Origin: a virus
Taxonomy: Duplodnaviria > Caudoviricetes
IMG/VR virus record: IMGVR_UViG_3300020460_000021
Span: 1-51,379 of that record
Length of the DNA stretch: 51,379 nucleotides
Direction: 5' to 3' (one strand)
Below are positions 26,937 through 35,545 of this stretch, piece by piece. The notes under the pieces were generated by a model. That model did not search any database. It worked only from the letters and a program-made list of their open reading frames with translations, and was not told where the DNA came from. The translations under genes and the position numbers were made by a program. Numbering within the stretch: the stretch's first letter is position 1; each line of letters begins with the position of its first letter.

Positions 26937-27945
26937 ACTTTGAAACCTTTCGTAAGAATGTTAAATACAACGATGCTTTTTCTGGGTCGAAAAATGTTGT
27001 GATTAGCCGTGGGTCATCATCTTCATATCTTGGGTCGATAATTGTAACAGGACATGTAAATATGTTTTGGTCTGGCAATCCTTTTTCAATAGCATACCTA
27101 TCATGTGTTTTATAACTCCCTACACGTAATGCATGTGAAATAAGACCTGTAGATGGGTCTTTTAATACTTGATATCCTGAAACATGAGTATGACCTGCTG
27201 TTAAAATGTGATCTCTCCAACCCATTTGAATTGCTTTTGATAATCCATGAGCTGTATTCCATTGAGAGTGACCTTTGAAATCATGTCTTGAATTGATTCG
27301 TACTTCTTTTCCATTAGGGAATCTCAAATTCATTCGTACTCCCCAATTTGCAAAAACTCCACCTCCATAGCTTACCATCCAGTCAAGTGGGTCACCTGCT
27401 CCAGTCCACGCATCGTGATTACCACCAACAAGATATAACCAGTTTACTTTTCCAATAAAATGTTCAACCAGTCTCCATGCCTCATTAGCACTTGTTGATT
27501 GTTGCCCATAAAGTCTTCCTAGTCTACCAATCCAGTTGTTATGCATATCTCCTACATTCCCTGCAAATAATCCATCTGTTTCATTTATAATATCTGCATG
27601 TTTGTAGAGCAACTCTATATCTGTTCCATCATCATCTATATGAGGGTCACCAAAATGTGCAATACCTATGGGGCCATTTATATTGATATCTACATTGATT
27701 AATTGAGTTTTATTCATATAATCATGTTTAATTTTATATTTATTGATACGTTCTTTAATTAAATCATCAATAGGTAAATGACCTGTTGGTAATTCTTCTA
27801 CTTCAAACGCATCTCTTTTATCTCTAGCATGTTGTTTCCAACGTCTAATACTTCTTGTTGAAATATTATATTGTTGTGCAACATATTTATTTCCGTATTC
27901 TCTAGCTAATCTTAATATTTCTACTCTTTTTTCTTTTTCTATCAT
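26929..27945 (-). CDS. Calcineurin-like metallophosphoesterase with N-terminal HTH
   Basis: GDPH, VGD, GGNHD and GHTH motifs; VAQQYNISTRSIRRWK HTH. Confidence 0.85.
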   Translation of the reverse strand: MIEKEKRVEILRLAREYGNKYVAQQYNISTRSIRRWKQHARDKRDAFEVEELPTGHLPIDDLIKERINKYKIKHDYMNKTQLINVDININGPIGIAHFGDPHIDDDGTDIELLYKHADIINETDGLFAGNVGDMHNNWIGRLGRLYGQQSTSANEAWRLVEHFIGKVNWLYLVGGNHDAWTGAGDPLDWMVSYGGGVFANWGVRMNLRFPNGKEVRINSRHDFKGHSQWNTAHGLSKAIQMGWRDHILTAGHTHVSGYQVLKDPSTGLISHALRVGSYKTHDRYAIEKGLPDQNIFTCPVTIIDPRYEDDDPRLITTFFDPEKASLYLTFLRKVSKYA

Positions 27946-28427
27946 ACTTCTATTGACCTCCTAAACCATCCATAATAATATTTCATTAAGGTTGGTTTTC
28001 TTGTGACTAATTCAGCATAATACAAACATCTAAATGCAGTTAATCTATGCGGTTCTAATTTTTTACAAGCACTTAGTGTTAATTTGCCTAAACCACCATC
28101 TACTGCTAGTTTGCTTCCTTTATGATTACAAGCTTTTTGTAATATCATAACTGCTCTTTTTCTTCCCATATTAACGACCATATCAAAATAGATCTCTTGC
28201 AATCTATCAGGAAGAGAATATGCTTTTGATTTTTTCCAATAACTGGTTCGATATACCTCAACAGCCTCTTGAAGAGTAAGGTTAGGAACATCCAACGATG
28301 GATTATGAACCTGTGATATACCCCATTTAGTAATACCTCCTGGGTCATCAGGGTCATTCGTTAGACGTTCGCCTCCCTCTCTTTCAATGACTCTTGCGAT
28401 GATTTTATATAATTCATCGCTACTCAT
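27942..28427 (-). CDS. Endolysin, glycoside hydrolase family 108
   Basis: REGG, DPDDPGGITKWGI, FDMVVNMG, VDG.LG..T and GW..R motifs. Confidence 0.9.
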   Translation of the reverse strand: MSSDELYKIIARVIEREGGERLTNDPDDPGGITKWGISQVHNPSLDVPNLTLQEAVEVYRTSYWKKSKAYSLPDRLQEIYFDMVVNMGRKRAVMILQKACNHKGSKLAVDGGLGKLTLSACKKLEPHRLTAFRCLYYAELVTRKPTLMKYYYGWFRRSIEV

Positions 28428-28609
28428 TATTTTCCCTTTGTTAGAACGCTTTCTAGAACTTCTCTAACAGTACTCCAAACAGCTTTTAATATTTTTTCTT
28501 CTGTTTTTTCGTTTATAATGGGAATATTAATGTTGTCATTAAGCTTTTGAATAACTTGTTTTTCAACATCTTCGTTAGTTATGTATTCAAGAATGATTTT
28601 TCCTACCAT
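28427..28609 (-). CDS. Hypothetical protein
   Basis: 60 aa; GAGG RBS; coupled to the endolysin. Confidence 0.7.
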   Translation of the reverse strand: MVGKIILEYITNEDVEKQVIQKLNDNINIPIINEKTEEKILKAVWSTVREVLESVLTKGK

Positions 28610-28633
28610 GCTACACCTCTTTTTTGTCTGTTG

Positions 28634-28864
28634 TTAATTGAACCAAATACCTATAATTACCGAAATAACAATAGGTATGATGAAAATCATAAATCCTCCC
28701 CAAGATTGTGCTACGATTCGAAATTTTTCATTGATAGAAACTCGTCCATTTAATTTCTCAAGATGTTTATCTTGTCTATGATTAATTTCAATAAGCACTT
28801 TTATATCAGCATGTAATTCACTTAATTTGTGTTGTACTTGCTCTCTATATTCTTGAAGATTCAT
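28634..28864 (-). CDS. Holin-like membrane protein
   Basis: Coiled coil, LNGRV motif and C-terminal TM helix; near the endolysin. Confidence 0.55.
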   Translation of the reverse strand: MNLQEYREQVQHKLSELHADIKVLIEINHRQDKHLEKLNGRVSINEKFRIVAQSWGGFMIFIIPIVISVIIGIWFN

Positions 28865-28990
28865 TTATTTTTTTCTACGACTTCTAATCTTAGCCATTTT
28901 TTGTTTTAACTTGCTTAGTTTAGAATTTTTTTTACCTGATTTTTTAGGTCTACCTACTTTTGAACCGTATGTTCCTTTTCCCATTGGCAT
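28865..28990 (-). CDS. Small basic peptide (41 aa, MPMGKGTYGSKVGRPKK...)
   Basis: Translated by hand; GAGGAG RBS; abuts both neighbours. Confidence 0.75.
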   Translation of the reverse strand: MPMGKGTYGSKVGRPKKSGKKNSKLSKLKQKMAKIRSRRKK

Positions 28991-28991
28991 T

Positions 28992-29117
28992 TTATTTCTC
29001 CTCTTCTAAGAATTCTACTTGGTCTTCATCGGGATCCATTACATCAAAATCAAATTCGACATCTTCCATTACCCAATGTTCGATAAGTTCATCCTCTGGT
29101 TTTCGTTTTATTTGCAT
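28992..29117 (-). CDS. Small acidic peptide (41 aa; alternative starts at 29123 and 29129)
   Basis: Translated by hand: MQIKRKPEDELIEHWVMEDVEFDFDVMDPDEDQVEFLEEEK; fills the gap exactly. Confidence 0.6.
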   Translation of the reverse strand: MQIKRKPEDELIEHWVMEDVEFDFDVMDPDEDQVEFLEEEK

Positions 29118-29383
29118 CTGCATCTCCATTTTCTAAGAGATTTGTTGATCCTTGAATTTGGGTCATTTGCAGTTTTTGTACCTGTGAGTTTTTTCTTCAT
29201 ACCACACATCCTTGCACAAAATGATTTTCTTCTAGAAGCATCCTTTCCTTTAGGATTTTTCTTTGTAACTGCCATTTTTAATTTAGAGCCAGGATTTGCT
29301 CTTCTATAACTAGCAATACCTTTTCGATTTAATCCACCACTTGGGCTTTTTCCTTCTTTACGTTGCCATGCAGGTGTTGCCAT
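29108..29383 (-). CDS. Basic protein, DUF6321-like
   Basis: AWQRKEGK.PSGGLN, RRKSFCARM and SLRKWRC motifs. Confidence 0.75.
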   Translation of the reverse strand: MATPAWQRKEGKSPSGGLNRKGIASYRRANPGSKLKMAVTKKNPKGKDASRRKSFCARMCGMKKKLTGTKTANDPNSRINKSLRKWRCRCK

Positions 29384-29559
29384 TATTTCTTCCTTTTCTT
29401 TGCAGTTTTTGCACTTCTTTTAAATGCTTTTTCTGTAGGAGCTCCTTTTGCTCCTTTTTTTCTCATTTTTTCACCACTACCTGCTTTGATTCTTTTGCGT
29501 TTAGCATGAATGTTTGCATATAGTCCTTTAGATTTACTTTTTCGTTTTTTTGGGGGCAT
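29383..29559 (-). CDS. Small basic peptide (58 aa, MPPKKRK...GLYANIHAKRKRIKAGSGEKMR...)
   Basis: Translated by hand; TAATG coupling to the next gene. Confidence 0.75.
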   Translation of the reverse strand: MPPKKRKSKSKGLYANIHAKRKRIKAGSGEKMRKKGAKGAPTEKAFKRSAKTAKKRKK

Positions 29560-29755
29560 CTTCTTCCTCCTTCACACATGAACAGTTTTCTTCTGTACAT
29601 TTATCTAAATGTTCTTGAGTAATTTCTATTGCACCTTCTAATTTGTATTGTATAATAGAAAGCCTGTTGACCTCTTGTAAAGTAGAGTTGTGTTGTGCTT
29701 TTAATTCAGTTAGTTGTTTTTTTAGATTCATCTCTGCTCCTTCTATTCCATTCAT
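29534..29755 (-). CDS. Hypothetical coiled-coil protein
   Basis: 73 aa with LEGAIE motif. Confidence 0.65.
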   Translation of the reverse strand: MNGIEGAEMNLKKQLTELKAQHNSTLQEVNRLSIIQYKLEGAIEITQEHLDKCTEENCSCVKEEEDAPKKTKK

Positions 29756-29779
29756 TTAGTATTGATATTAATTCTCCTA

Positions 29780-30109
29780 TCATCGTCTCATACTCAACAA
29801 TCTATTTAATTGATACACTTTGTCTTGCAGACGTATAATTTCTGCTTGATGCTGTGCTAGTAATTCTTTGTGTGCTTTTAATATTTCAAATTGCTGAAAA
29901 TCGGCTGGAATCCAAGAATTCTGGTTTTTTTCTTGAGTTTTTATAATCTCATCAATGTTGTTAGTATTTGCTATAGATGAATTTTCTACTATTCCCAATC
30001 TATTATTAATTTCTGAAAATGCGAATGTGGCTATGGCAATACCTCCGACAAGCTGAACGAGATATGACAAGCTGAAGGAAAGATTAGAGCTATCAGAAAT
30101 CTTTGCCAT
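29780..30109 (-). CDS. Membrane-anchored coiled-coil protein (possible spanin subunit)
   Basis: N-terminal TM helix followed by coiled coil; TAATG-coupled start MAKIS. Confidence 0.55.
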   Translation of the reverse strand: MAKISDSSNLSFSLSYLVQLVGGIAIATFAFSEINNRLGIVENSSIANTNNIDEIIKTQEKNQNSWIPADFQQFEILKAHKELLAQHQAEIIRLQDKVYQLNRLLSMRR

Positions 30110-30348
30110 TAGTATAATATCCAATCACTTGCTATATCATTCCAATCTTTATACATAGTTCTATTGGTGTCTTTTTTTACGACTTCAAACTCTTCATGGT
30201 TATAACACCAAAGCATTGTAGAATCTTCATTAAAGTGTAGTATTCTATTGTAAAAATGTTTTTCGCCATGTTGATCTTGTATATCTATATTATCTACGCT
30301 ATTACAGCTAAGTAAAAAAAAGAATGGTATAGTTATTTTTTTAAGCAT
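30109..30348 (-). CDS. Lipoprotein
   Basis: MLKKITIPFFFLLSC signal with lipobox Cys. Confidence 0.65.
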   Translation of the reverse strand: MLKKITIPFFFLLSCNSVDNIDIQDQHGEKHFYNRILHFNEDSTMLWCYNHEEFEVVKKDTNRTMYKDWNDIASDWILY

Positions 30349-31684
30349 TTTCTAATGCCTCCACTTTTGTTGATAGTTCTTGTACTGCTTTAATTATAGG
30401 AGCGATAAATTCTTGATAACGTAATCCCAAACTGCCTGTTTCAGGTTTAATATATCCTGCAAAATCATCTGTGCTTATTCCAAGTTCATCTAATGTTGAT
30501 TTGACATCTTGAGCAATAAGACCATAATGTTTTCTTTTGTGTGTAATTGCAGATTGTTTAACATCACCTGTTTCTTTATCAGGCCCTGTTGGTTCTGGGT
30601 CAGGCGTTAAGCTTTCTTCAGCAGTTTCATATTTTTGTTCTGGTGTTGTTTTCCATTTATAACTTTTAGGTTTTAGTTTATTAATAAATGCAAGACCTAA
30701 ATCTGTATCTGCAACACTTTCTTTTAAATTTAAATCTGAGGTTTGTATTGTGCTGTTCGTAGCATAAATATCATTCCACCTATAACTTCCATGCCCTAAA
30801 TTTTTAGCATCATCTGTGTTAGGATAATATTGACTTCCATCCCAAATAACATTTTCGCTTTGTGCATGTAAATAAAGAGAGCTTCCTGCAATATTAATAA
30901 GACTAACACCTGTTCCATAAATATATTCTCCTCCTGCATCACAAAAGAAAAATTTTGCTCCACTTGAAGTAGTTCCCTGCACATTCCCATTAGCGTAAAT
31001 CATAAATCTGCTATAACTTCCAAAATTAGCATAGGTTGGAGAGCCATTAGACAAAACCATAAATCTTAATGTATCTTCATTGTCTCTAACACCTATATGT
31101 GCAACTTCATTATTATCTGACCCGTCTGTATTATTATCATTTTTAAATGTAATAGATGCTACACTATCTCCATCTCCACTTGTTGTAGATACTTTTAAAA
31201 GAGCACTACCAGAATTTTCAATAGTAGATGCAGTAGATGTTAATGCTCCTGTATCTAATGTTGATGAGCCATTGTCTATATTTCCAAAACCACTTGTAAT
31301 ACTACCAGAATTCAATGCTCCAGTAGTTGTAATATTACTTGTGCCTGCAAAAGAACTGATTGCAGTATTTTCTACATTGTTTAAACTAAGGTCTGTTTTA
31401 ACTTCAGCAAAACTTCTCCCCTCTACACCATTGGCTGTAAATTTTGCATAATCATTATCAGCAACAGAAGCGTGGTCTATCTTTACTGCATTGGTATTTG
31501 CAATACCAAATGTAATAGCTGTTGATTGTGTGCTATCTGCAAAAAACTTGATACTATCACTGGCATCTTTAAAATACAGTTTACCAGTATTTGTATTGAT
31601 TGCAAGTTCCCCTTCAGCTAGATCACTTGTTCCAGGAGCACTTGTTCCGCTCGTTACACGTTTTAATTGGATTACATTTGCCAA
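30341..31684 (-). CDS. Tail fibre with C-terminal intramolecular chaperone (peptidase S74)
   Basis: TSDLNLK..GLAFINKLKPKSYKW, GLIAQDV, IIKAVQELS. Confidence 0.9.
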   Translation of the reverse strand: MANVIQLKRVTSGTSAPGTSDLAEGELAINTNTGKLYFKDASDSIKFFADSTQSTAITFGIANTNAVKIDHASVADNDYAKFTANGVEGRSFAEVKTDLSLNNVENTAISSFAGTSNITTTGALNSGSITSGFGNIDNGSSTLDTGALTSTASTIENSGSALLKVSTTSGDGDSVASITFKNDNNTDGSDNNEVAHIGVRDNEDTLRFMVLSNGSPTYANFGSYSRFMIYANGNVQGTTSSGAKFFFCDAGGEYIYGTGVSLINIAGSSLYLHAQSENVIWDGSQYYPNTDDAKNLGHGSYRWNDIYATNSTIQTSDLNLKESVADTDLGLAFINKLKPKSYKWKTTPEQKYETAEESLTPDPEPTGPDKETGDVKQSAITHKRKHYGLIAQDVKSTLDELGISTDDFAGYIKPETGSLGLRYQEFIAPIIKAVQELSTKVEALENA

Positions 31685-32656
31685 TTAATAAGTTCCTCCA
31701 TCAATAGTTGCTCCATCTACAGAAGCACATTTAATTCCTGCTAAAGCATAACTACTATCCGAAACATCTACGGTTGTTGTAGGTGCTGTTGCATTATTTT
31801 TAAAAAAAGTAAATACATCACTATTAGATGCATCAGAAAACATTCCTTTATATTTTGTACCACTACTTGCGTAAGTCCCATAGATTCCAACATCTACACT
31901 ATTTGCACTTGTATTATCTTTTGCTAAAGAAATAAGTGGGTCTTCTACGACCAATGTAGAGGATTCAATAGTAGTTGTAGAACCATTTACCGTTAACGTT
32001 CCTGCAATCGTAACATTATCAGGCAAACCAATTTGTATTTGATTCCCAGTTACTGTTGTATCGATTTCATTGCTTGTTCCTGCAAATGTAAGTGTTTCAC
32101 CCAATGCTACTGCATCGTTTGAACCAGAATCGGCGGCAATCGTAATAGTACTATTAGCAAGTTTTGCATTAGTCACATTTCCGTTAGTGATTTTTGCCGT
32201 TGTAACGGCATCAGAAGCTAATTCTGCAGTATCTACCGCATTATCTGCTAACATTGCGTTTTCGACCGCATTATTCGCTATTGTGAGTACTCCTGTGTTT
32301 GCAATAGTAGCATCTCCACTAATACTTTTATTATCAAAAGAATTAGATCCGTCATAAATCAAAATTTGTGCATCTGCTAATGAGGTAATTGTAGTATCAC
32401 CTAATTCTGCTAATGTATCTTTTGTAGCTACTTGTGCATCAACATATGCTTTGATACTTTGTTGTGTTGCAATTTTTACATTGCTATCAGAAGACATATC
32501 ATCTTCATCTAAAATAGGAGCTCCTACCCAATTAGCTGTAGAAGAACCAGATGCTATCCAAAATCTACTGTCATTGGTATTATATAAAGGTTCTCCTGCA
32601 CTTAAACCCGAAGAAGGAACGCTTGTACCTCTACGGAACTGTATTGTATTTGCCAT
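31685..32656 (-). CDS. Tail fibre protein
   Basis: MANTIQFRRG...GEP N-domain; decamer repeats; ends IDGGTY. Confidence 0.8.
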   Translation of the reverse strand: MANTIQFRRGTSVPSSGLSAGEPLYNTNDSRFWIASGSSTANWVGAPILDEDDMSSDSNVKIATQQSIKAYVDAQVATKDTLAELGDTTITSLADAQILIYDGSNSFDNKSISGDATIANTGVLTIANNAVENAMLADNAVDTAELASDAVTTAKITNGNVTNAKLANSTITIAADSGSNDAVALGETLTFAGTSNEIDTTVTGNQIQIGLPDNVTIAGTLTVNGSTTTIESSTLVVEDPLISLAKDNTSANSVDVGIYGTYASSGTKYKGMFSDASNSDVFTFFKNNATAPTTTVDVSDSSYALAGIKCASVDGATIDGGTY

Positions 32657-32985
32657 TAGAATGTTCCTCCATCTATGGTTTTATTGGTGAATGTGGCTGT
32701 TGATGAATTGGTGGGTATATCGGTACTAGAACCTCCACCTACTGTTTTTTCATCTAATTGATTTAATTCTGAAGCGGTTGCAGTTAATAAAGTGTTGTTT
32801 AATTTTAAGCCGTTAGATGAACCATCATGAGTAGATACATCTACGTTTGAATTAGAAATTTTTAAAGCGGTTGCAGTTCCATCTCCATCTCGAACACTTT
32901 GGTCACTAGCTGTAGAACCATCTGGAAGATGTAATAGTTGTTGATAGGTAGAACTTATTGCTTGGTTTGTTAATGAATCTGCCAT
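32656..32985 (-). CDS. Short tail fibre/anchor protein
   Basis: TATASELNQLD and FTNKTIDGGTF. Confidence 0.7.
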   Translation of the reverse strand: MADSLTNQAISSTYQQLLHLPDGSTASDQSVRDGDGTATALKISNSNVDVSTHDGSSNGLKLNNTLLTATASELNQLDEKTVGGGSSTDIPTNSSTATFTNKTIDGGTF

Positions 32986-33353
32986 TATCTAATTGCATGC
33001 GAACCAACAGGAATCATGATTCGTGCACCTCCAAATTTTTTATTTTGATATCTGTATACTTTCTTTTTGAATTCTGCCATATGGTAAGCCATCTTATCAT
33101 ATTGATTTTGATTTTCAGCAAATTTTGCTTTGACATAATCGACTAAAGCAATCGCCAACTCTTCATCACAATCAATGGAAATAGCATTTCCACTACCATC
33201 GGTTTCAGCAGTAATGGTTGTAGGTTGAGCATTATACTCCATTTTAATTCCATTGGTAATAGCTTCATCTGGGCTTTTGTAAAAACCTTCTGTATTTTCT
33301 CGTACAATTGCAATATTCCTTCCTGCTAAATAATATGCGTAATCTCTTTCCAT
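32985..33353 (-). CDS. Head-tail adaptor-like protein, C-terminal half
   Basis: EY..QP...ALVDYVKAK...Y....F pattern. Confidence 0.55.
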   Translation of the reverse strand: MERDYAYYLAGRNIAIVRENTEGFYKSPDEAITNGIKMEYNAQPTTITAETDGSGNAISIDCDEELAIALVDYVKAKFAENQNQYDKMAYHMAEFKKKVYRYQNKKFGGARIMIPVGSHAIR

Positions 33354-33625
33354 TAGGTATCATCTCCATCGTTACTTTCTACATGAATTACACGAGGTAT
33401 CCTTACATATTCAGTTTCATCTGTATCGTATATCATTACATTCTTTAAGGTTACAAGATCTGTAGGCAATGAATAAAATCGTTGGTCTTTTACAATATTT
33501 GATTTTGCATATTTAATATTATCATCTATCATTCCTTGTATCTCTCTTAATCCATCATTGATATAGGCAATTGCATATCCTGCATTTGATGTTGGTACTC
33601 GTTCCATTAATTCTTTTACTGTCAT
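33353..33625 (-). CDS. Head-tail adaptor-like protein, N-terminal half
   Basis: MTVKEL...YINDG...YSLP.D...LK.V pattern. Confidence 0.6.
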   Translation of the reverse strand: MTVKELMERVPTSNAGYAIAYINDGLREIQGMIDDNIKYAKSNIVKDQRFYSLPTDLVTLKNVMIYDTDETEYVRIPRVIHVESNDGDDT

Positions 33626-33626
33626 A

Positions 33627-33848
33627 TTATTGTCCCCAAACTGAATCTTCTTGATTCCATTTACTATTATTTGAAAGCGACCAAAAAAGACTTTTGATAG
33701 CTACCCATACACTACTTGGACTAGGTGCACTTGCACTCCAAGAACTTGTAACACTTGCATCTGTTGCATCCCAAGATGTACTTGGTGTAACAGTCGTTGT
33801 TGTATAACTCGAAGAAGGAGTTGGATTTGTTGTGCTCCATGTTGTCAT
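33627..33848 (-). CDS. Ser/Thr/Trp repeat small structural protein
   Basis: About 11-aa periodic W/Y in a S/T/P-rich chain. Confidence 0.65.
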   Translation of the reverse strand: MTTWSTTNPTPSSSYTTTTVTPSTSWDATDASVTSSWSASAPSPSSVWVAIKSLFWSLSNNSKWNQEDSVWGQ

Positions 33849-34300
33849 GTTATAAATGCATACTCCACAGCTATGTTGTTTGAATCAGATGCGGTTACTT
33901 TAATCGCCGCACTCGAAAATTCAGGCAATGTAAGAGCCATTCCTGCAGACAATCTGCATATTTCTTGACTTCCAATAGTTACGATCAGTTTATTGGTTCT
34001 TGCAGTTGTTCCTAATGCACTACTACTACTATAACTAAAACCTGTATGTTTAATAAATACCATATCATACGCACTTGTTGCTATAGTACTAATTGTATCT
34101 GTTGCTTGATGATAACTTGCATTTCCTGCAGAAAAACCTGTTGTAGTATGGGCTGTTTGCCCAACGGCTACTGAACCACTTCCTCCAACCATACGACCGA
34201 TATCACTTTCAATAACATCGACTGCAGGAGATTGATTTGAGACTGCATCTATTGTTACAATAGGAGTCATACTAATGGAATATTCTATTCTACTAGCCAT
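33845..34300 (-). CDS. Putative virion structural protein
   Basis: Beta-rich; likely start MASRIEY overlapping the upstream stop. Confidence 0.6.
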   Translation of the reverse strand: MASRIEYSISMTPIVTIDAVSNQSPAVDVIESDIGRMVGGSGSVAVGQTAHTTTGFSAGNASYHQATDTISTIATSAYDMVFIKHTGFSYSSSSALGTTARTNKLIVTIGSQEICRLSAGMALTLPEFSSAAIKVTASDSNNIAVEYAFIT

Positions 34301-35462
34301 CTTGCTTTTCTTCCTTTGGTGGTTGATATGGTACAAATGCACTTTCATACTCTTGTCTTAATGTTTGGTACTGTCTGACCTTCCATTCATAATCAAGTTG
34401 TTCTTTTGCAAGTTTAGTAGAATGTTCTTGAACATCTGCTTGTACATCAGCACTAAATCTTGCTAAGTCTTGAGCATATCGATTTAACGTTGCTGTATAC
34501 TCACCTACTTCTTTTTGTAAGACTTGAGCTTTATTTTGCAAATCTACATTGGTACTGGTTTGCATTAATTGAATTGCTCTATTAGCATCTGTTGTAAATT
34601 GTTGAATATCTTTTTGTACTTTGGCTTGATACTCTACATTATCTTCTTGAAATTTTTGATTAGCACTTGCTAGGTCTGCATTAAATTTTTGCACTTGAGC
34701 AGATATTTTTTCTACCTGACTTCTTGCAAGTTCTATATCATCATCATCGATAAATGTTTGTACTGCACTTGTATCAATGTCTTCCATTACTGGTGGAGTA
34801 AATACAGGAGCAGTTCCTGTTAAACTAAAACTCATTTCTCCAACTGCATTTTGTATTGCTCCATTTGGTGCAGTAAAACTAGGAGCACTTGGAATAGATG
34901 GTGCAGATGAAAAACTTAGATCACTTGGCAATGCATGACCTACCATTTTAACATGCAATAGTTTCATCGATGCATAAAGAACAGGTAATCTGTAATATTC
35001 ACTTGGAAAATTTGAAATAGAAGTACCACCTAAACTATCTAGTTCTGTTGTTTGTACAACATCAGCGTGTGCTGTTTGACTATTCGTTGGTAGTGGTAAC
35101 ACATTTAATGTTTGATTGCGAATATAGTATACTGGATTTTCTTCTGTTGCACGAAGCAAAGAAGTGGAATCGGATGCTTTAAATCTATCTTTTACAGCTA
35201 TTTGTCTTGCTGTTTTATAAGTAACGCTAGAACTTGAGTTTCTTCTAAATACAGATATAACTCGATGTGCACTTGATAAATCTAATGTAGTAGATGAACC
35301 AGTTAAATCAGCACTTTGAGTTGCAAACATAGGTAATATATTCGGATTTACAATTGCAAACCGATTGATTACGTCTTTCACGCCATCATTAAACCATTGT
35401 AATACGTTTGTACCTGAAGAAGAACCTGCTAACGAATCTACTTGTTGTGTAAATGTAGCCAT
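34293..35462 (-). CDS. Adaptor/ring-like virion protein with coiled-coil extension
   Basis: WFNDG, PVYY...VLP.P and FP.EY..L.VLYA adaptor motifs; follows the capsid gene. Confidence 0.6.
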   Translation of the reverse strand: MATFTQQVDSLAGSSSGTNVLQWFNDGVKDVINRFAIVNPNILPMFATQSADLTGSSTTLDLSSAHRVISVFRRNSSSSVTYKTARQIAVKDRFKASDSTSLLRATEENPVYYIRNQTLNVLPLPTNSQTAHADVVQTTELDSLGGTSISNFPSEYYRLPVLYASMKLLHVKMVGHALPSDLSFSSAPSIPSAPSFTAPNGAIQNAVGEMSFSLTGTAPVFTPPVMEDIDTSAVQTFIDDDDIELARSQVEKISAQVQKFNADLASANQKFQEDNVEYQAKVQKDIQQFTTDANRAIQLMQTSTNVDLQNKAQVLQKEVGEYTATLNRYAQDLARFSADVQADVQEHSTKLAKEQLDYEWKVRQYQTLRQEYESAFVPYQPPKEEKQDG

Positions 35463-35481
35463 GTTTACTCCTTAAGGAAGT

Positions 35482-35512
35482 TGGGGTAAGGAAGGAGGCT
35501 GACCCTACCCCA
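35482..35512 (-). promoter_or_regulatory. GC-rich hairpin after the capsid gene
   Basis: TGGGGTAGGG/CCTTACCCCA 10-bp stem with 11-nt loop; no U-tract. Confidence 0.6.
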
Positions 35513-35545
35513 GATTACGTTATGTATACTTCCAATAATCACGAG

